Part shown: positions 1-14,433 of the stretch, piece by piece
Layout of the letters: every line of letters begins with the position of its first letter
How positions within the stretch are numbered: position 1 is the stretch's first letter
Assembly: GCA_000165425.1 (NCBI GenBank)
Contig: CT868659.1
Span: forward strand, 186,001 to 250,000
Direction of reading: 5' to 3'
From: Paramecium tetraurelia
Lineage: Eukaryota
Length of the DNA stretch: 64,000 nucleotides
The notes under the pieces: model-generated
Told to the model about the DNA's origin: nothing
Seen by the model: only the letters and a program-made list of their open reading frames with translations
Database searches by the model: none
Program-made: the position numbers and the translations under genes

Positions 1-884
1 TTTTTTTCTCCATGGTGATTTCAAAAAAGTACAGATTATTTAAACAAGAAGAAAAGTAAATAATTACCATCTTAAATTGTAAACTTTAAAGTTGCTAGAA
101 AGTAATAAACCAAATTGGAATTAGATAAGTTGAAGAGCAATAATAATAATTCGTCTAAATTGTTTCAAATAAGGTTATTCACTATCTAAACAACCAAACT
201 TATATCAATGAATGCAATTAGAATGACGATGTATCTAATCCAGTATAAAGTATGGATTGGAAAAAACTTAGAGTTCAAAGCTTTTCAAAATTAATTTACT
301 AAAATCTGGAATTACTCACCAGAGAATGCAATTTCCCAGAACTATTGAAATGCTAATTGATCACCAGTCTTTATAAAACTTCGAAATAATAGACTTCATT
401 TTTCGTAGGAGAAAGATGTCATTTCTATTAAGCAAATAGAATCTAACTTACTAGAGAATAAAAATTAGCAATAGCTATGGAATACTTACTATTTTAAATA
501 GTAATTCCAAAGTTACTACAAATAGTTAATGGTTTACCAACTTACAGCCAAAATCACAAAATCTATACTTAATAGATAATAGTAATAATTGCAAGTCTCT
601 TACATCGATAATTTGTAAATAGATTTTAAAACATGAAAAAAGTAAAGAATCCTAATGGTTATATGGTCAATAAAAAATTGAGTATATAATATTTAGAAAA
701 TGGTTTATTTTGCAATGAAATTAGCATTGCAGGCAACACTGGTGATAATAACGAAGTCCTCGAAGGACTATTAGAATAAGACCAAATTTAATCAATTGAA
801 AATTCAAAGCCAGTTTGGAAATAATCAATGGATAATCTCTTTGATTAGATCCTGTCAAATGTCCAAGATGTAATAAACTTTTGA
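1..884 (+). CDS. 3' part of hypothetical protein (5' truncated by window)
   Basis: Coding-like Gln-rich sequence in code 6 ending ...DQILSNVQDVINF* (TGA 882-884); no recognisable motif. Confidence 0.55.
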
Positions 885-1318
885 TTTTATATTACTTTCT
901 CTTTATATTATGTTAATGATCATACTATATCTTTTTATTTTTTTTGAATTCTAATTTTAATAGTAAATCAGAAATATGATTAAATGGAAATCAATTTTCG
1001 AATTTTTATCTAAAATATTGTTTTAATGGGGTATTAAAGATTAACTAGCATAATTGTAATTGTTCAAATGTGTTAATATTGAGATCTGAGTAATTATAAT
1101 GAAATTGAAGAAAATCTAAAGGAAATATATTTGATGCCTATTAATTAAGCTCATTTTTTTATTTGAATTCAATTCATCATCAAAGTAATAAAAAAAAGTG
1201 ACATTACTACATATTAATTCTATATATATATATTTAAATCATTTAATTAAAAATAAATACAGAAATAAATAATTAGTTTAATAGATGAATAAAATAAAAT
1301 AATTAATTATTTAATTAT

Positions 1319-2723
1319 ATGAATTAAGAAGTGGAAAACAAGGAAGTTAAGGATTAGAAAGACCAAATTGAATAAGAGTCTGATGACAATGAGAAGAATG
1401 ATAAAAAGGAATAGATATTACAATAAGAGTAGAAGAAAAAGAAGAAGAAAAATAAAAAGAAGAAGAAATGGGGAGAAGAAGGTATCTAGAAATGAAATAT
1501 TAGAGGAAATTATGACTGATTTTGATGATGATTGGTAGAATAAAGTGAAGATGTCTAAGATATTGCAAGACCCTGATTTACCTCAGCACATTAAAGAAAA
1601 ATATGCAATTTATGAGAATAATCCTTATATGATGATAGTGTCAAATGTACCCCTGAATGTGTAATTGAAGGAATTGGAGGAATATTTTAATACCCTTATC
1701 ACTTCACTTGACCCAAAAATCAGTATTGATAAATTATATATTAGCCGAAAGACCTATCAAGGCTATTGAATATGGGGCCACAAAGTCTTGGGTAGTTTTG
1801 GAATGCAGTTCAAAGGAAGCTAAAAGAGCATTAGTCACTTAAGATTAGGTTCAATTCGTTAATAATTGTAAAATAAAAGTAGAGAGACCAAGAAAATTTT
1901 TAGAAAGAATTTTAAATCCATAAGCAAGGGAAGGGGAACTGAGTGCTGAATAAAAATAAGAAGACAACACTAGATTGTATTTGGGAGGATTACCAACATA
2001 TCTGAGAGATGAGGATGTGATGAAACTCATACAATCATTTGGAACAACTAAATATTTCAATTTAGTAAAGGATACTACATCCAATACTGAGATTTCAAAA
2101 GGTTATTGTTTTTTTGAATATGAAAACACTGGCTCCACTGCAAAGGCTTTGAAAGCACTCAATAATTTATAGATAGGAGACAAGAAATTGAAAATTTGTA
2201 AGGTCCAAGGGGAACCTTAATAAAATAAAAAAATTAATGGAAGAGAATAGCCTTCTAATTATGCAGGTTCATTTTTGGCTTCGTGTGATTTATTGCGATT
2301 GCCTTAAATATAATAGATGTTAACAATCCCTTAGTCTGCTTTGATTCCAAGTAAGGTTGTGCAATTTTTGAATATGGTAACAATTAAATATTATAATTAA
2401 AGTGCTCAGTTGAAGATCTGTATGAAGATGATCTATACGAAGAATTGATGGAAGATATTAGAAGTGAATGCATTCGTTTTGGTTAAATAGAGAAAATAGA
2501 AATACCAAGACCAGATAAGGAATCAGGGTAATAAACAATTAAATATGAGTATAGCTTTTGTAATCCAGCAGTAGGAAAGATCTTTGTGAAGTTTTATTAT
2601 TAAATTCCAGCTAAGAAAGCTAAATTTCATCTTGCAGGTCGCACATATAATAAGAGGACTGTTGTTACTTCTTTTTATCCTGAGGAACAGTTTGACTATA
2701 AGGATTATTTGATAAACGGATGA
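1319..2723 (+). CDS. U2AF65: U2 snRNP auxiliary factor large subunit (RRM1-RRM2-UHM)
   Basis: KKKKKW ULM-like motif; RRM2 LYLGGLPTYL...FNLVKD...SKGYCFFEY; C-terminal UHM KVVQFLNM...EDIRSEC...GKIFVKF; 4 tiny introns. Confidence 0.9.
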
Positions 2724-2782
2724 TTGCTTGAGTTTACGATATTTTAATTATTCTATAATGGTAAATTGATTAATGATTATAA

Positions 2783-3099
2783 TCATCCTGCTCTTCTAAA
2801 TCTTCTATCTCTTTTAGGTAAATCTGCCCCACTTCCAGCGCAGTTTTATTCAGAATAAGTATTCAGATTTGGATATGGTTGTCTACCTGAATACTTTCTC
2901 ATATCTTCAGTAGATTACTCAGCATATTTGGTCAAATGTTTTCTTGCTTGTTCTGCATTTGTCGGATCATGTTTTTGACCATTCAAATCAGTTGCAGGCA
3001 AACAATCTAAATTCGATTTCTTTGTTTACCTGTTTACATATAACTAAACTCCTTGGCTGTTATTACAAACACCAATACAATCACTAGTAAATACTTCAT
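2783..3099 (-). CDS. Small (~97 aa) predicted secreted protein
   Basis: MKYLLVIVLVFVITA signal-like N-terminus; one 23-nt intron; ends ...LPKRDRRFRRAG*. Confidence 0.7.
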
Positions 3100-3133
3100 G
3101 ATTGAAAACAAAAACGATATAATTAATATTAAA

Positions 3134-3869
3134 TCACTTCTTCTCTGGTTCATATCCTTATCTCTAATGAGCAACCTCTCTTGCTTTGGCCAGTCCCTAT
3201 TCTCTATAATTTTGCCATTCATATCCATGATATTTTGTGAATGACCTTCTGTACAAATCAGAAGTAGCCTTTGCAAACCCTTTCAAAAACTTTACTAAGT
3301 CAGCTCTACGTATAATTTAGGCCTAAATACCTTTCTTCTGCACTCTCCAATAGTTCTCCTCTTTATAAACATTTTGTCCCCTTGCACATTGCTTACGGAT
3401 CTTTAGCCCACATAAATAGATTATAACTATTCCAAAATATTTTAGAATCCAACAAGGCCATTGTATATTCTTCATATACTCTCTAACTAGCTGCTGGTTT
3501 ATTGTAGATTTGAGCCAAAGATGGTCCACTGGATTCTTAAAATGAAAAATCTGCTGCATATGGTTTTCCTGTGAATATTTCCAAAGAGTGACAAGAAGCA
3601 CATGCACGCATAAATACTTTTGCTCCTTATTTCAAATCACCATCCACTGGCACTTATTTAGATTTATCAGCATTAGTATTAGGATTTGTTAAATTTCGAT
3701 ATGTCTTTTTAGCCTTTATTGTTTATAGCAAAGCCTCTCTGGTTATTGCTTCGTCAATCATTTGCTATTCTTTATGCATGGCTCTTATTTCATTCTGTAC
3801 ATCATCTTTGCTTTTTCCATAAGGATTCAAAAGAATTTTCTTCCATTTCTCATTTGGATCCTCTGACAT
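3134..3869 (-). CDS. Divergent class I cytochrome c-domain protein (~236 aa) with N- and C-terminal extensions
   Basis: GDLKQGAKVFMRACASCH...SSGPSL...W...DPQAMCKGTKC...EERADLVKFL follows the cytochrome c pattern; 25-nt intron at 3306-3330. Confidence 0.85.
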
Positions 3870-3902
3870 TCTATAGTTTAATTTATTATCACATATTAAA
3901 AT

Positions 3903-4701
3903 TCATATTTTCAATTCATCTTTCAACCTCTTCTCCAATTCCTCATCAGTCTCCTTTCTTACTACTTCTTCCTAATTTTAGACTATTTCCTCATAAATGT
4001 ATCCACTCACATCTTCTCCTGTAATAATGTCCTAGAGCAACTTTATATTTGGAATTTCAGCATTGTCCTTCGTCACTAGTACTCTCAGATCTTCGTATAG
4101 TCTATTATCGTATTTTGTCTCAAATTATATAACATAATTTGATTATCTATATTTTTGATTCTTAATAATACTTTATTAGTTACCACTTCTTCCTCTATCT
4201 TATTGTTTGAAACTGATATCACATCGCTAATATTCAATAATTCATTGTCTGTAACATTTACTTTCAACACATTCTTGTTCCCTAATTCAATCAAACATTG
4301 CCTCTAATCCTTCTCCAATGTTATTGATTAAACTAATTTTCCCAAGTACTTTCTGCCCTTTATATACGATGATATTGTTTAAATTGAAAAAAAGACGGGA
4401 ATCAATGTAACCCAAGGATTTATATACAAATACGAAAGTCCACCTACCATACTCCATACAGTAATATATATAGTAGCAGATCTATTCAATTTCGTAGAAA
4501 ATCCTTTTTTTTAAGCAAATTCTAAGTACCATCGACATTTAGTTTGTTTTGGAAAACTGTATAATTATTGAATATTTTATTGTTCTGAGGATTAAAGGCA
4601 GCAGCCATCTTGTCAATTTGTTCAGTCAGATACTCTTCGTGATCTAGAATTTTGTTTATCTTTTCTTTTGAAAATCTAAAGATGGCTCTTCTAATCAACA
4701 T
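3903..4701 (-). CDS. Hypothetical, probably mitochondrial membrane protein
   Basis: MLIRRAIFRFS presequence-like start; hydrophobic segment IYITVWSMVGGLSYLYINPWVTLIPVFF; ends ...RLKDELKI*. Confidence 0.65.
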
Positions 4702-4713
4702 TATTAAAATTTA

Positions 4714-5433
4714 ATGAGAATTGCTACATACAATATTAGAAATACTCAGGATTAATATCTTAAGAGAAGAGAGATCCTACAGAGTATCATCTAAGGATTG
4801 AATGCTGATGTGATCTCTCTTCAGGAGGTGGCCCTTCCAGAGTTGGATTATTTGGCAGGGGATTACTAGAAATTCTTTGCCCCAATTCAATTATAATTTC
4901 CCTTACATCCAGATCCAGAATTTAGAATAGATGGAAATGCTATCTTAGTTCGGAAAGGGCTCGAAGTTAAATTACATGAATATGTTCATATCAGTGTGTT
5001 TAGAAACATATAACACATTGTAATAGGAGATGTGCATATTTACAACACTCATTTGCATCATGTGATTGGAGACGATCAAGTTCGAAGTCATCAAATAGAT
5101 AACATCCTCACCTATCTATTGGGATAAATGAATGAAAGGATTTTTCTAATGGGAGATTTCAACTTGACCCCTGAATCTTAAGAATACAAAAAAATGACTC
5201 ATTATTTTAAATCATCTTACACATTGGCTAATCAAAAAGAACCTGAAATAACATTTCCAACAGGTTTGACAGGACCATTTATGGACACTGATCCAGCTGG
5301 AACCTTTGATTACATATGGATAAGAGGTAATAATATAGAAGTCAAGGAATGCACTCTATTCGGATCAGATAAAATTTAAGAAGGAGTATATCCAAGTGAC
5401 CATTTAGGAATTCTAGGAGTATATAATATATGA
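4714..5433 (+). CDS. Endonuclease/exonuclease/phosphatase (EEP) family protein
   Basis: MRIATYNI, ADVISLQEV, YNTHL, MGDFN, FDYIW, YPSDH motifs; intronless. Confidence 0.9.
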
Positions 5434-5897
5434 AGAATATTATTAAAAGATATATTGTAGTTTAATAATATAAAACATTAATTTAATTTATATAATTTAT
5501 AAAAAGGATTTTGCATATGCAAAAATAAGAGATCTTGTTAAATTGCATTTTTCAAAAAGCAATCCAATTCAATCTATCAATACAGGCCAAGAAGCAGTGA
5601 ATTTTACAAACAAAGTAATTAGGTAATTTAAGTGATAAAGCTACCTTCATTAAAAATACTTTTTATGACTTTTATTAGATTAGCTAAAAGTTAATGATTA
5701 TATCATATTTAGTTTAAGTTTGAATTTGAAATCTAAAATCTCACTTTGAAATTAAATCCATATTAAATTATTATAATTAAAGACTAAAATACAATATAAT
5801 TAAGTATTGCAAATTATTCTAAATTAAAACATTCATTAATATGCAATTATATCAATTTATATATTTGAGTAATTAATTGGCTCTTTTACTTGTGTTT

Positions 5898-7319
5898 TCA
5901 TTTTTACAATTAATTGCTATATCTTTTAAATATGAAGTTATTTAATATTGCTTTAACAAATTCAAAATGGAGTTACCACTAGAATTGTGTTACAAAACAG
6001 CTAAGGTCACTAACTTATTAATTAATATATTACATTGTAATAACCATTTGCTTAAGACATAATCTTGGCACTCCTTAATTTCTTAATATTTAGATATTAA
6101 AAGAGTAAGCAATCCATTGTTGTATAGATCAGTGCATTACTCAAAGGAGCTGTTCGAGCATAAAAGAAATAAACACTCTAATTAATGATATAGGACTTGG
6201 CGATCATCTAAAATAAATAATTTAATTACTTTCGCTTGCAATTATTATCATCAATTATAGTGGAATTTAATTCAAATGAATATTCTAGATTATGTATTAA
6301 GATTATTCACTAAACAATTGTTTCATAATGATGGATGCTTGAGTTCTTATAAATTTACCATTAGATTTATAATTATGATCAATAATATTGAGTAATGAAC
6401 AGAATATGTCTGGATATTTTTCAATGATGTCAAATTTCAACTTTTGGTCATTCAATTTTATTGAATCAGATATAACTTGTAAGGCAATTTACCTTAATTA
6501 AGATTATTCTTGAACAACAAATGCTAAATTAGTAAGTATAACCCAAAAGTTTGGGTAGAGTGTGAGATTAACAGTGAATTGAGATTTGTCAATAAAGTAG
6601 CGAGCAAATAGAAGAATTCTATTTAATAAAGAATTTTTTGTCTCAGTATATTTATCTTTTTTTTCTAAATCTAATTCTATTATTAAATAATTTATCCCTC
6701 GCAATTTTTTACATAATTAATCTAAAATTGACATAAATTCTTAGACATCCTAAAAGTGGATTCCGCTATTAGGTTCGATGAATGTGGTAATAAGATACAT
6801 AAAAGTTGACATTAAGTAGTCATCTGACTCAAACTCTAGATCTAATATCTTTTTAAGAGTTTGGCCAATATTTAATTGTATTAGTGTAGATTGGCAAAGA
6901 AGTGAAGATTGTGACAACTATCCAAGCAGATATAATTATTCATCTAAAAAAACCAGACTCTTCTCATTTTCACACTTACTCAACAATCTTGATCCTAAAA
7001 ATGAATCCTCAAAAAAGGTCTCTAAATATTCTATTTAGTTAGCATCTCTGCATTTCTTCACTATCAATTATAGCAATAGGATTAATTAATTTGTTAGATC
7101 CCCTTCTAAGATTGGTTTTAGAAGAGGAGATTTATAAATGTCGAAACTATTATCTACCTCAATCTAATTGTATAATAGAATTATTTAATCATTTATCCCA
7201 TCCTAAAACTACTGAGCAGCATTTTCTGACAGTAATATCTGTCTCCTTTAATTCAAAATTTTATCTAAACCTTATTTTCTAATTTCTTGTCTAAATTGCT
7301 CTTTTTTTTATTACAACAT
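5898..7319 (-). CDS. Divergent importin-alpha-like ARM-repeat protein
   Basis: IBB-like start MLQQKKEQFRQEIRKQ followed by Leu-rich helical repeats. Confidence 0.55.
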
Positions 7320-7400
7320 TAATGTATTAATATTATAATTAAATTATAATTACCCTTATTTCTTTTTTAAAAATTCTTTACAAAAATTAATCATTTATAT

Positions 7401-7792
7401 ATGGATTAGATTGAACCACAACCTATTTTTGATGAAATTCCATCGAAAATCAATATCAATCTCCTACCGAAACATAAGCCAGAAAAATTCATTGAAGCAA
7501 GCCAAAGTAAAAGTATAGATCCCGTTTACGAAGACGGCCATGAAGTTGGTTTTATGATCAAAGGAGAAAATACTGTTTATGAGTTGGATTATGAAGAAGG
7601 GTGAGTTTCACTTTGCTTGACAATAGATTCTTTGAGCCAAATGGATGCTACTATTCGCGTGATTTTGTTCCAAAGGGATGGTGGGTATTGGATAAAGATT
7701 CATAAGAATTCTTCTATGATATAGATGGAAAATTAGATGGAGAGGATGAAGAAGATGAAAATGAAAATGAGCAATTGATCTAATAATAATGA
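7401..7792 (+). CDS. Small acidic hypothetical protein
   Basis: Open frame with one 26-nt GTGAG..TAG intron; ends in acidic tail DGEDEEDENENEQLIQQQ*. Confidence 0.7.
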
Positions 7793-7902
7793 TCAAGTAT
7801 TATTTATTTAGATTTATAAGATATTCGCTCTTGTTTTTAAACTTCATTGTTTATATATATATATAATACTTATGATTAAATATCTATATTAAACAAACCT
7901 AA

Positions 7903-9184
<1,282 letters not shown>

Positions 9185-9254
9185 ACTTTGATTATTTTAC
9201 AAGCGAGAGTTTGAAATCTGTCTCTACAATGCTTATAAGCTTTTACCAACTTAA

Positions 9255-10226
9255 TCAAAACTTTGGCTGCCCATTGTTTATTCTTACTTTTAATGATAAA
9301 AATGTAAAAATACTCTAATTAATGGCGATTCTTTTTTCGTTTTATTATACTTATGCAATTTCTCTGTACTTAACGATTATTGTGATTGCTCAGTTAGCTT
9401 TTCTGATTTTTAGAGGCGATGTCTTTTATCACCTTTTGAATCTTTTAGTCTTTCTGTTTCTGTCAGTTTAGGCTCTAGATTTCTTTATAGATTCATAACA
9501 TTACTGAGTTTCATCATTTGTTCTTTAATTACCACTTTCCTATTTAACTGTAACCTGCTTTCTACCCTTAGAAAGAGAACGGTCCTTTTCAGTATTGCAT
9601 ATTTTTAACAAAGCTTTGAAATTAGCTTCATTATTCGAGTTTTATAAGCTTTTTTGGGATTTGTTAGAGACTAATTTACTCAATCTCTCAAAAGCGGAGG
9701 GAGTCTTTTTATGAAGTATTTCTTTGGGTGAACTATCAAATATTTTTTTATGTTGATCCTATGATTATAATATTAACTTACTTTAATGGCTTATTCTAAA
9801 GATTTTATTTTTTCCTACTATTATATAATAATAATATCCTTTTCAGCAGAGACTTCATCTATCTTCTGTATTAAAGCATCAATTTGCAATTTCTATTGTT
9901 GTTCTATCCTGATGTGAGTTCTAATGGATGCTTCAAGTTTTTAGATTATTGTCTCATAATCATTGTTTATATGTTCTTCCAATTATTCTTCAAATACAGT
10001 TTTGACTCTTTTGCATAGCAGTAAGAATGTTACCTATTTAAATACGCAACGATTTAGAGGATATTGTCATATTATTACTTTTCCGATTACTCGCTAATTT
10101 ACTTTACGCTAACTTTGTTGATTTGTTCATATGTATCAATGATGTCCTACTTCAAAGAAGATATATTACATTGTCTATTACTTCTGCAATATCCAACAAT
10201 AGCTACTTTATAGTATAACCTTGCAT
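9255..10226 (-). CDS. Coiled-coil hypothetical protein (tandem paralog A); 3' end approximate
   Basis: Starts MQGYTIKQLLLDIAEV; motif NDYETIIQKLEASIRTHIRIEQQQKLQI; several tiny introns. Confidence 0.6.
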
Positions 10227-10242
10227 ATATATATATTAATTA

Positions 10243-11049
10243 ATCAAAATTGCAAACCAGATCTAGTTAAGTGAATATTACTATACTAAGGGATTGACCC
10301 TTTTAATTGTAATATAATCTTCTTAGTCTTCCTCTGATCAACACTTACTTATTCGTCTCTCTGAGTTTGTGAGCACGAATAATCTTGTTTTATAATAGAT
10401 TGTTAAAGCCTGCTTTTTTGGAAGCAAATTTATCTCTTTTTATTGTCTTATTGTAGTATTTTAGTATCGATTGATTTCCTCAAAGGATAAGACGTTTTTC
10501 TTTAAGAAAGTGAACGCTCATCTTAATTTAAGAAACCATTTGTACTAAGTATATTCTATTAAGACTTGTTTGACATTAACTTGTTGATCTTCTCATAAGC
10601 TGATGGTGTTTTCTTTTGTGTGTTTAAATCTAATTGAGAAAAATGATTCAGAAAATTATTTTACAAATTTCCTGTACTTTCAGTATGTTTATCTTGTAAT
10701 TGCAATTACAGCTTATGTATTTTTTCCTCAAATTATTTGACTTAGATTTCTTTATCTTTCATCAGTTCCTCTACTTTGCTATTTAGTATTTCAATCTGAA
10801 GATTCAGTTAATATTGTGTTCTAATATGCTTTCTAACAGAGGCTTCTAAATTTTAGATTATGGTTTCATAGTCATTCTTTATATGCTCATTTAATTATGA
10901 CTGCAATTATTGACGCATCTAATCAATTGACTTAAAGAGCTATATTATATTGAATTATAATGATGCATCATCTTAATTAAGTATTTACGACTAATCTATA
11001 TCATTGTCGATTATGCTCTCTAATTTATGTTTATTCATACATTATCCAT
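10243..11049 (-). CDS. Coiled-coil hypothetical protein (tandem paralog B); 3' end approximate
   Basis: Motif NDYETIIQNLEASVRKHIRTQYQLNLQI homologous to the neighbouring gene. Confidence 0.6.
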
Positions 11050-11506
11050 CTCTTGAATCAAATCAAAATACAATTATGCTATAAGTGAAGGTTTCTTAAT
11101 CCTTTTATTCATTAATAATTTGTTAATTTTATACTTAAATTAAAGTTCCACAGATTAATTAGTTATATCACTTTAAGTGTTCATAACATTATTGGTGTCT
11201 CTGCTATTGGATTCTTATTTCAGAATAAAGTAATGCAATATATAATAAATATAGATTTAGCACTTTGATTAAAAACCTGTCATACTTTGACCGAATCGGA
11301 TTCTAATATCCTGATTTCATGATTCTTTTATAAAACACTTTAAGTTTTTATGATTTATTTCAATTTAAATTTCCAAAATAATTTTATATAACAGAAAAAT
11401 TAAAGAATGAAACTTATGTATTATTAATTATTATTCTTATTTTCTAGAACATCGAATAGAAAAGACACGGCATGCATATATGGTTTTATATATGAATATA
11501 TTATTT

Positions 11507-11803
<297 letters not shown>

Positions 11804-12451
11804 TTTTTCTTATTATTTAAATTTATTAATAATAATTTTCAATTTTCTTTTCCAATTTATATGGAACTTAAATCGATGTTGCTTTTACTTTCTTAATTAA
11901 TATTTCTTTAACGTAAGATTTACTTCTATTTGTATTCAACTAATAATTCGCATTATTTTATAAATTGACTTCAAGGTTTTATTTCTTTATAATTTCTTAT
12001 TCTCGAAATAAAAGATAGTAATTTTTCATTATATTCGAAGAAACAAAAAATCTTTTTTATTCTCTTTCGTTAATTAAGGTAGCATTAAAATATTGCCGAG
12101 AATGCCATATATGTTATAGGTTTATAACAGGAGATTCAATGTGTAAAATGATTAGAGAGACAAATAATATAATGAAATTTTATTATAACTAATTTTTAAT
12201 TCTTTATTCTCTTAAATCCTTAAATTAAAATAGAAGATCGTGAAAGTAGAATCAAATTTCCTTTAAAGACCACTTATTAACTAATATTGATTTCGTAAAT
12301 CTAATAAACTAAATAAAAGAATAGAAGTTATTGGGAAATTTTATACAACTTTATTATAAAAAGAAACTAAATATTATAATTGTTTTTATTAAATTTGATC
12401 AATAATATTAAAAAGACTTTAAATTTTAATCATGTTAATAATAAAAATTAA

Positions 12452-13339
12452 TCAATATGGTCTTGGTACATTAGTTTATTCTTAATATCTTTTAGTTTTT
12501 GGTTTGAGTTCTGATGCTTTGAATTCAATAATACTGCTTGCTTCACTAACTGGCATTAATTATTATTATTGGATTATGGATTTGCTTAGATTAACGATGT
12601 AAGAATGAGTCATCTATTTTTCTTCTGGTATTTCTCTTGATTTAATATACTATTTATTTGATATGTTGATTGAAAACAAAGAACTTTCTTAAAATTGATC
12701 GAAACTTATATTACATTTCTTACCAAATGTAGCAAATGTGAGTAAATCAAAATCAAAGTTGTTAAATTGAACTTTATTGTTTTTCATATAATTCATAAGA
12801 CTAGCACAATTAATGGTTTCATTATTGCCACTAAGATTTTAAAAGATCTATAATAGAGATTTAAAAGATTACTTTTAATATATTGAACTCCTCATTGTTA
12901 ATTATTTACAATTTGCTATCCTTGATTTGTTTGATCACTCTTATTTATTGGATGAGGAGTTTTAGGAGCTGAACTTAAAGGTCACTATTCGTATGATCAA
13001 TTATAGTGTTTGACTTGTGTAATAAAAGTTTCGTTAAGTAATTCTAACCTTTTTAAAATTAACAATTACCTGAAATTGTTATTTGCTGATAGTGAATCTA
13101 TCTTTGTCACCTATGAACCATATAAATTCAATAATATCTTTGTAATTTATAGGTTAGAGATTCTAAACAAAAAAGTTTAACAAATTATTTTTAGTAATAG
13201 TATCTTCGCTATTCGACAGCAACTCAAAAGATCGATGTATATTGTCAATATTATTAGAGTATAGAGTTTATTTGATCGTTTATAATTTCTGTTCATAATA
13301 GGAAATCATTTTCAGATAAAGTGCAATTTATTAGTCCAT
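12452..13339 (-). CDS. Hypothetical protein
   Basis: Starts MDQQIALYLKMISYYEQ, ends EQTNVPRPY*; tiny introns. Confidence 0.55.
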
Positions 13340-13361
13340 TATTAATTTAAATATATAAAAT

Positions 13362-14331
13362 TCATATGATCAACTCCTATTATTGTTATAATGAATGTTC
13401 CGTGTCATTAGACATTATATCAGAAATACACTTGTCACTGGATAGAGACTGTTCTAGTTTATCAAACTTGTTCAATCTCAATCTTAAGTTCAAGATTTTA
13501 TCACTTAATTTTAGTTACTCTTCTTTGGTGTCTTATATCTTTTTTATTAATTCTTATTTCTCCAAAATACAAGTTCTTGTTATTTCTTATATTTAGAATG
13601 TCAACTATTCTATCTTTTTAGTATATTCATCAATTAATATGGTTTTTTCTTATAAAATTTCATCAGGAGTCTTTTAAATTATTGCTACAGCATTTGGTTT
13701 TTACTTATTTCTTTATGCTTTAGGCATTTCATTAAAATCAAGGTTGGGTTGCTTTTACCTCATCTTTTACTCAGTCTTTTTATAATATTCTTCAAAAAGT
13801 TAAATTTTTTTCTTTGATTGTTATTTTTAAGCATTCAACTTTAAGCTCAATCCTTATTAAACCTCCAATTCGAAATATTATACTTTATTCATATTATGTA
13901 ATTGTATAGTTTCCTATTTCAATTTTTATTTCTTCTCTTGCAATTCTTTAATTTAGTCAGTGCTTGGGTTCTCCTTATTATTTTAACGCACTAGTTGAAG
14001 ACAGTACTCTTTAATAATATCTTCAACATAATCATTCATTTGATCTCCTTCCTTTCTGTATAGTTCTATTTTTTTTTCAACCTATGAGTATTCATTTATT
14101 TTTTCATTTAAATAGACCTATAACATTTTTATTTACTGTGCTAAATGTATCATTTAATAATACATCTTTTCTGCTTAATGGTTACAAAACTTATTTATTG
14201 TTTTTATCTGAAATGATAGATTCCAAAGATTTCAACTTAGCTGTGTTAAGTCTTTAATAATCAATTCTACTTGAACCCAACCCAGTTGTTTTGTTTCCCT
14301 ATTTATCACTGGTTATAGATTTCAATTGCAT
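13362..14331 (-). CDS. Coiled-coil hypothetical protein
   Basis: Starts MQLKSITSDKQGNK; Q/E/K-rich; ends QQELII*. Confidence 0.6.
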
Positions 14332-14433
14332 AATTATTATAATTTAATTTATTAATAAAAATTTACAATTTTGTCTAAAACTAAGAATACCTTTATAATT
14401 GTTTGAAGTTATGTATATAATTAATTAGTAATA

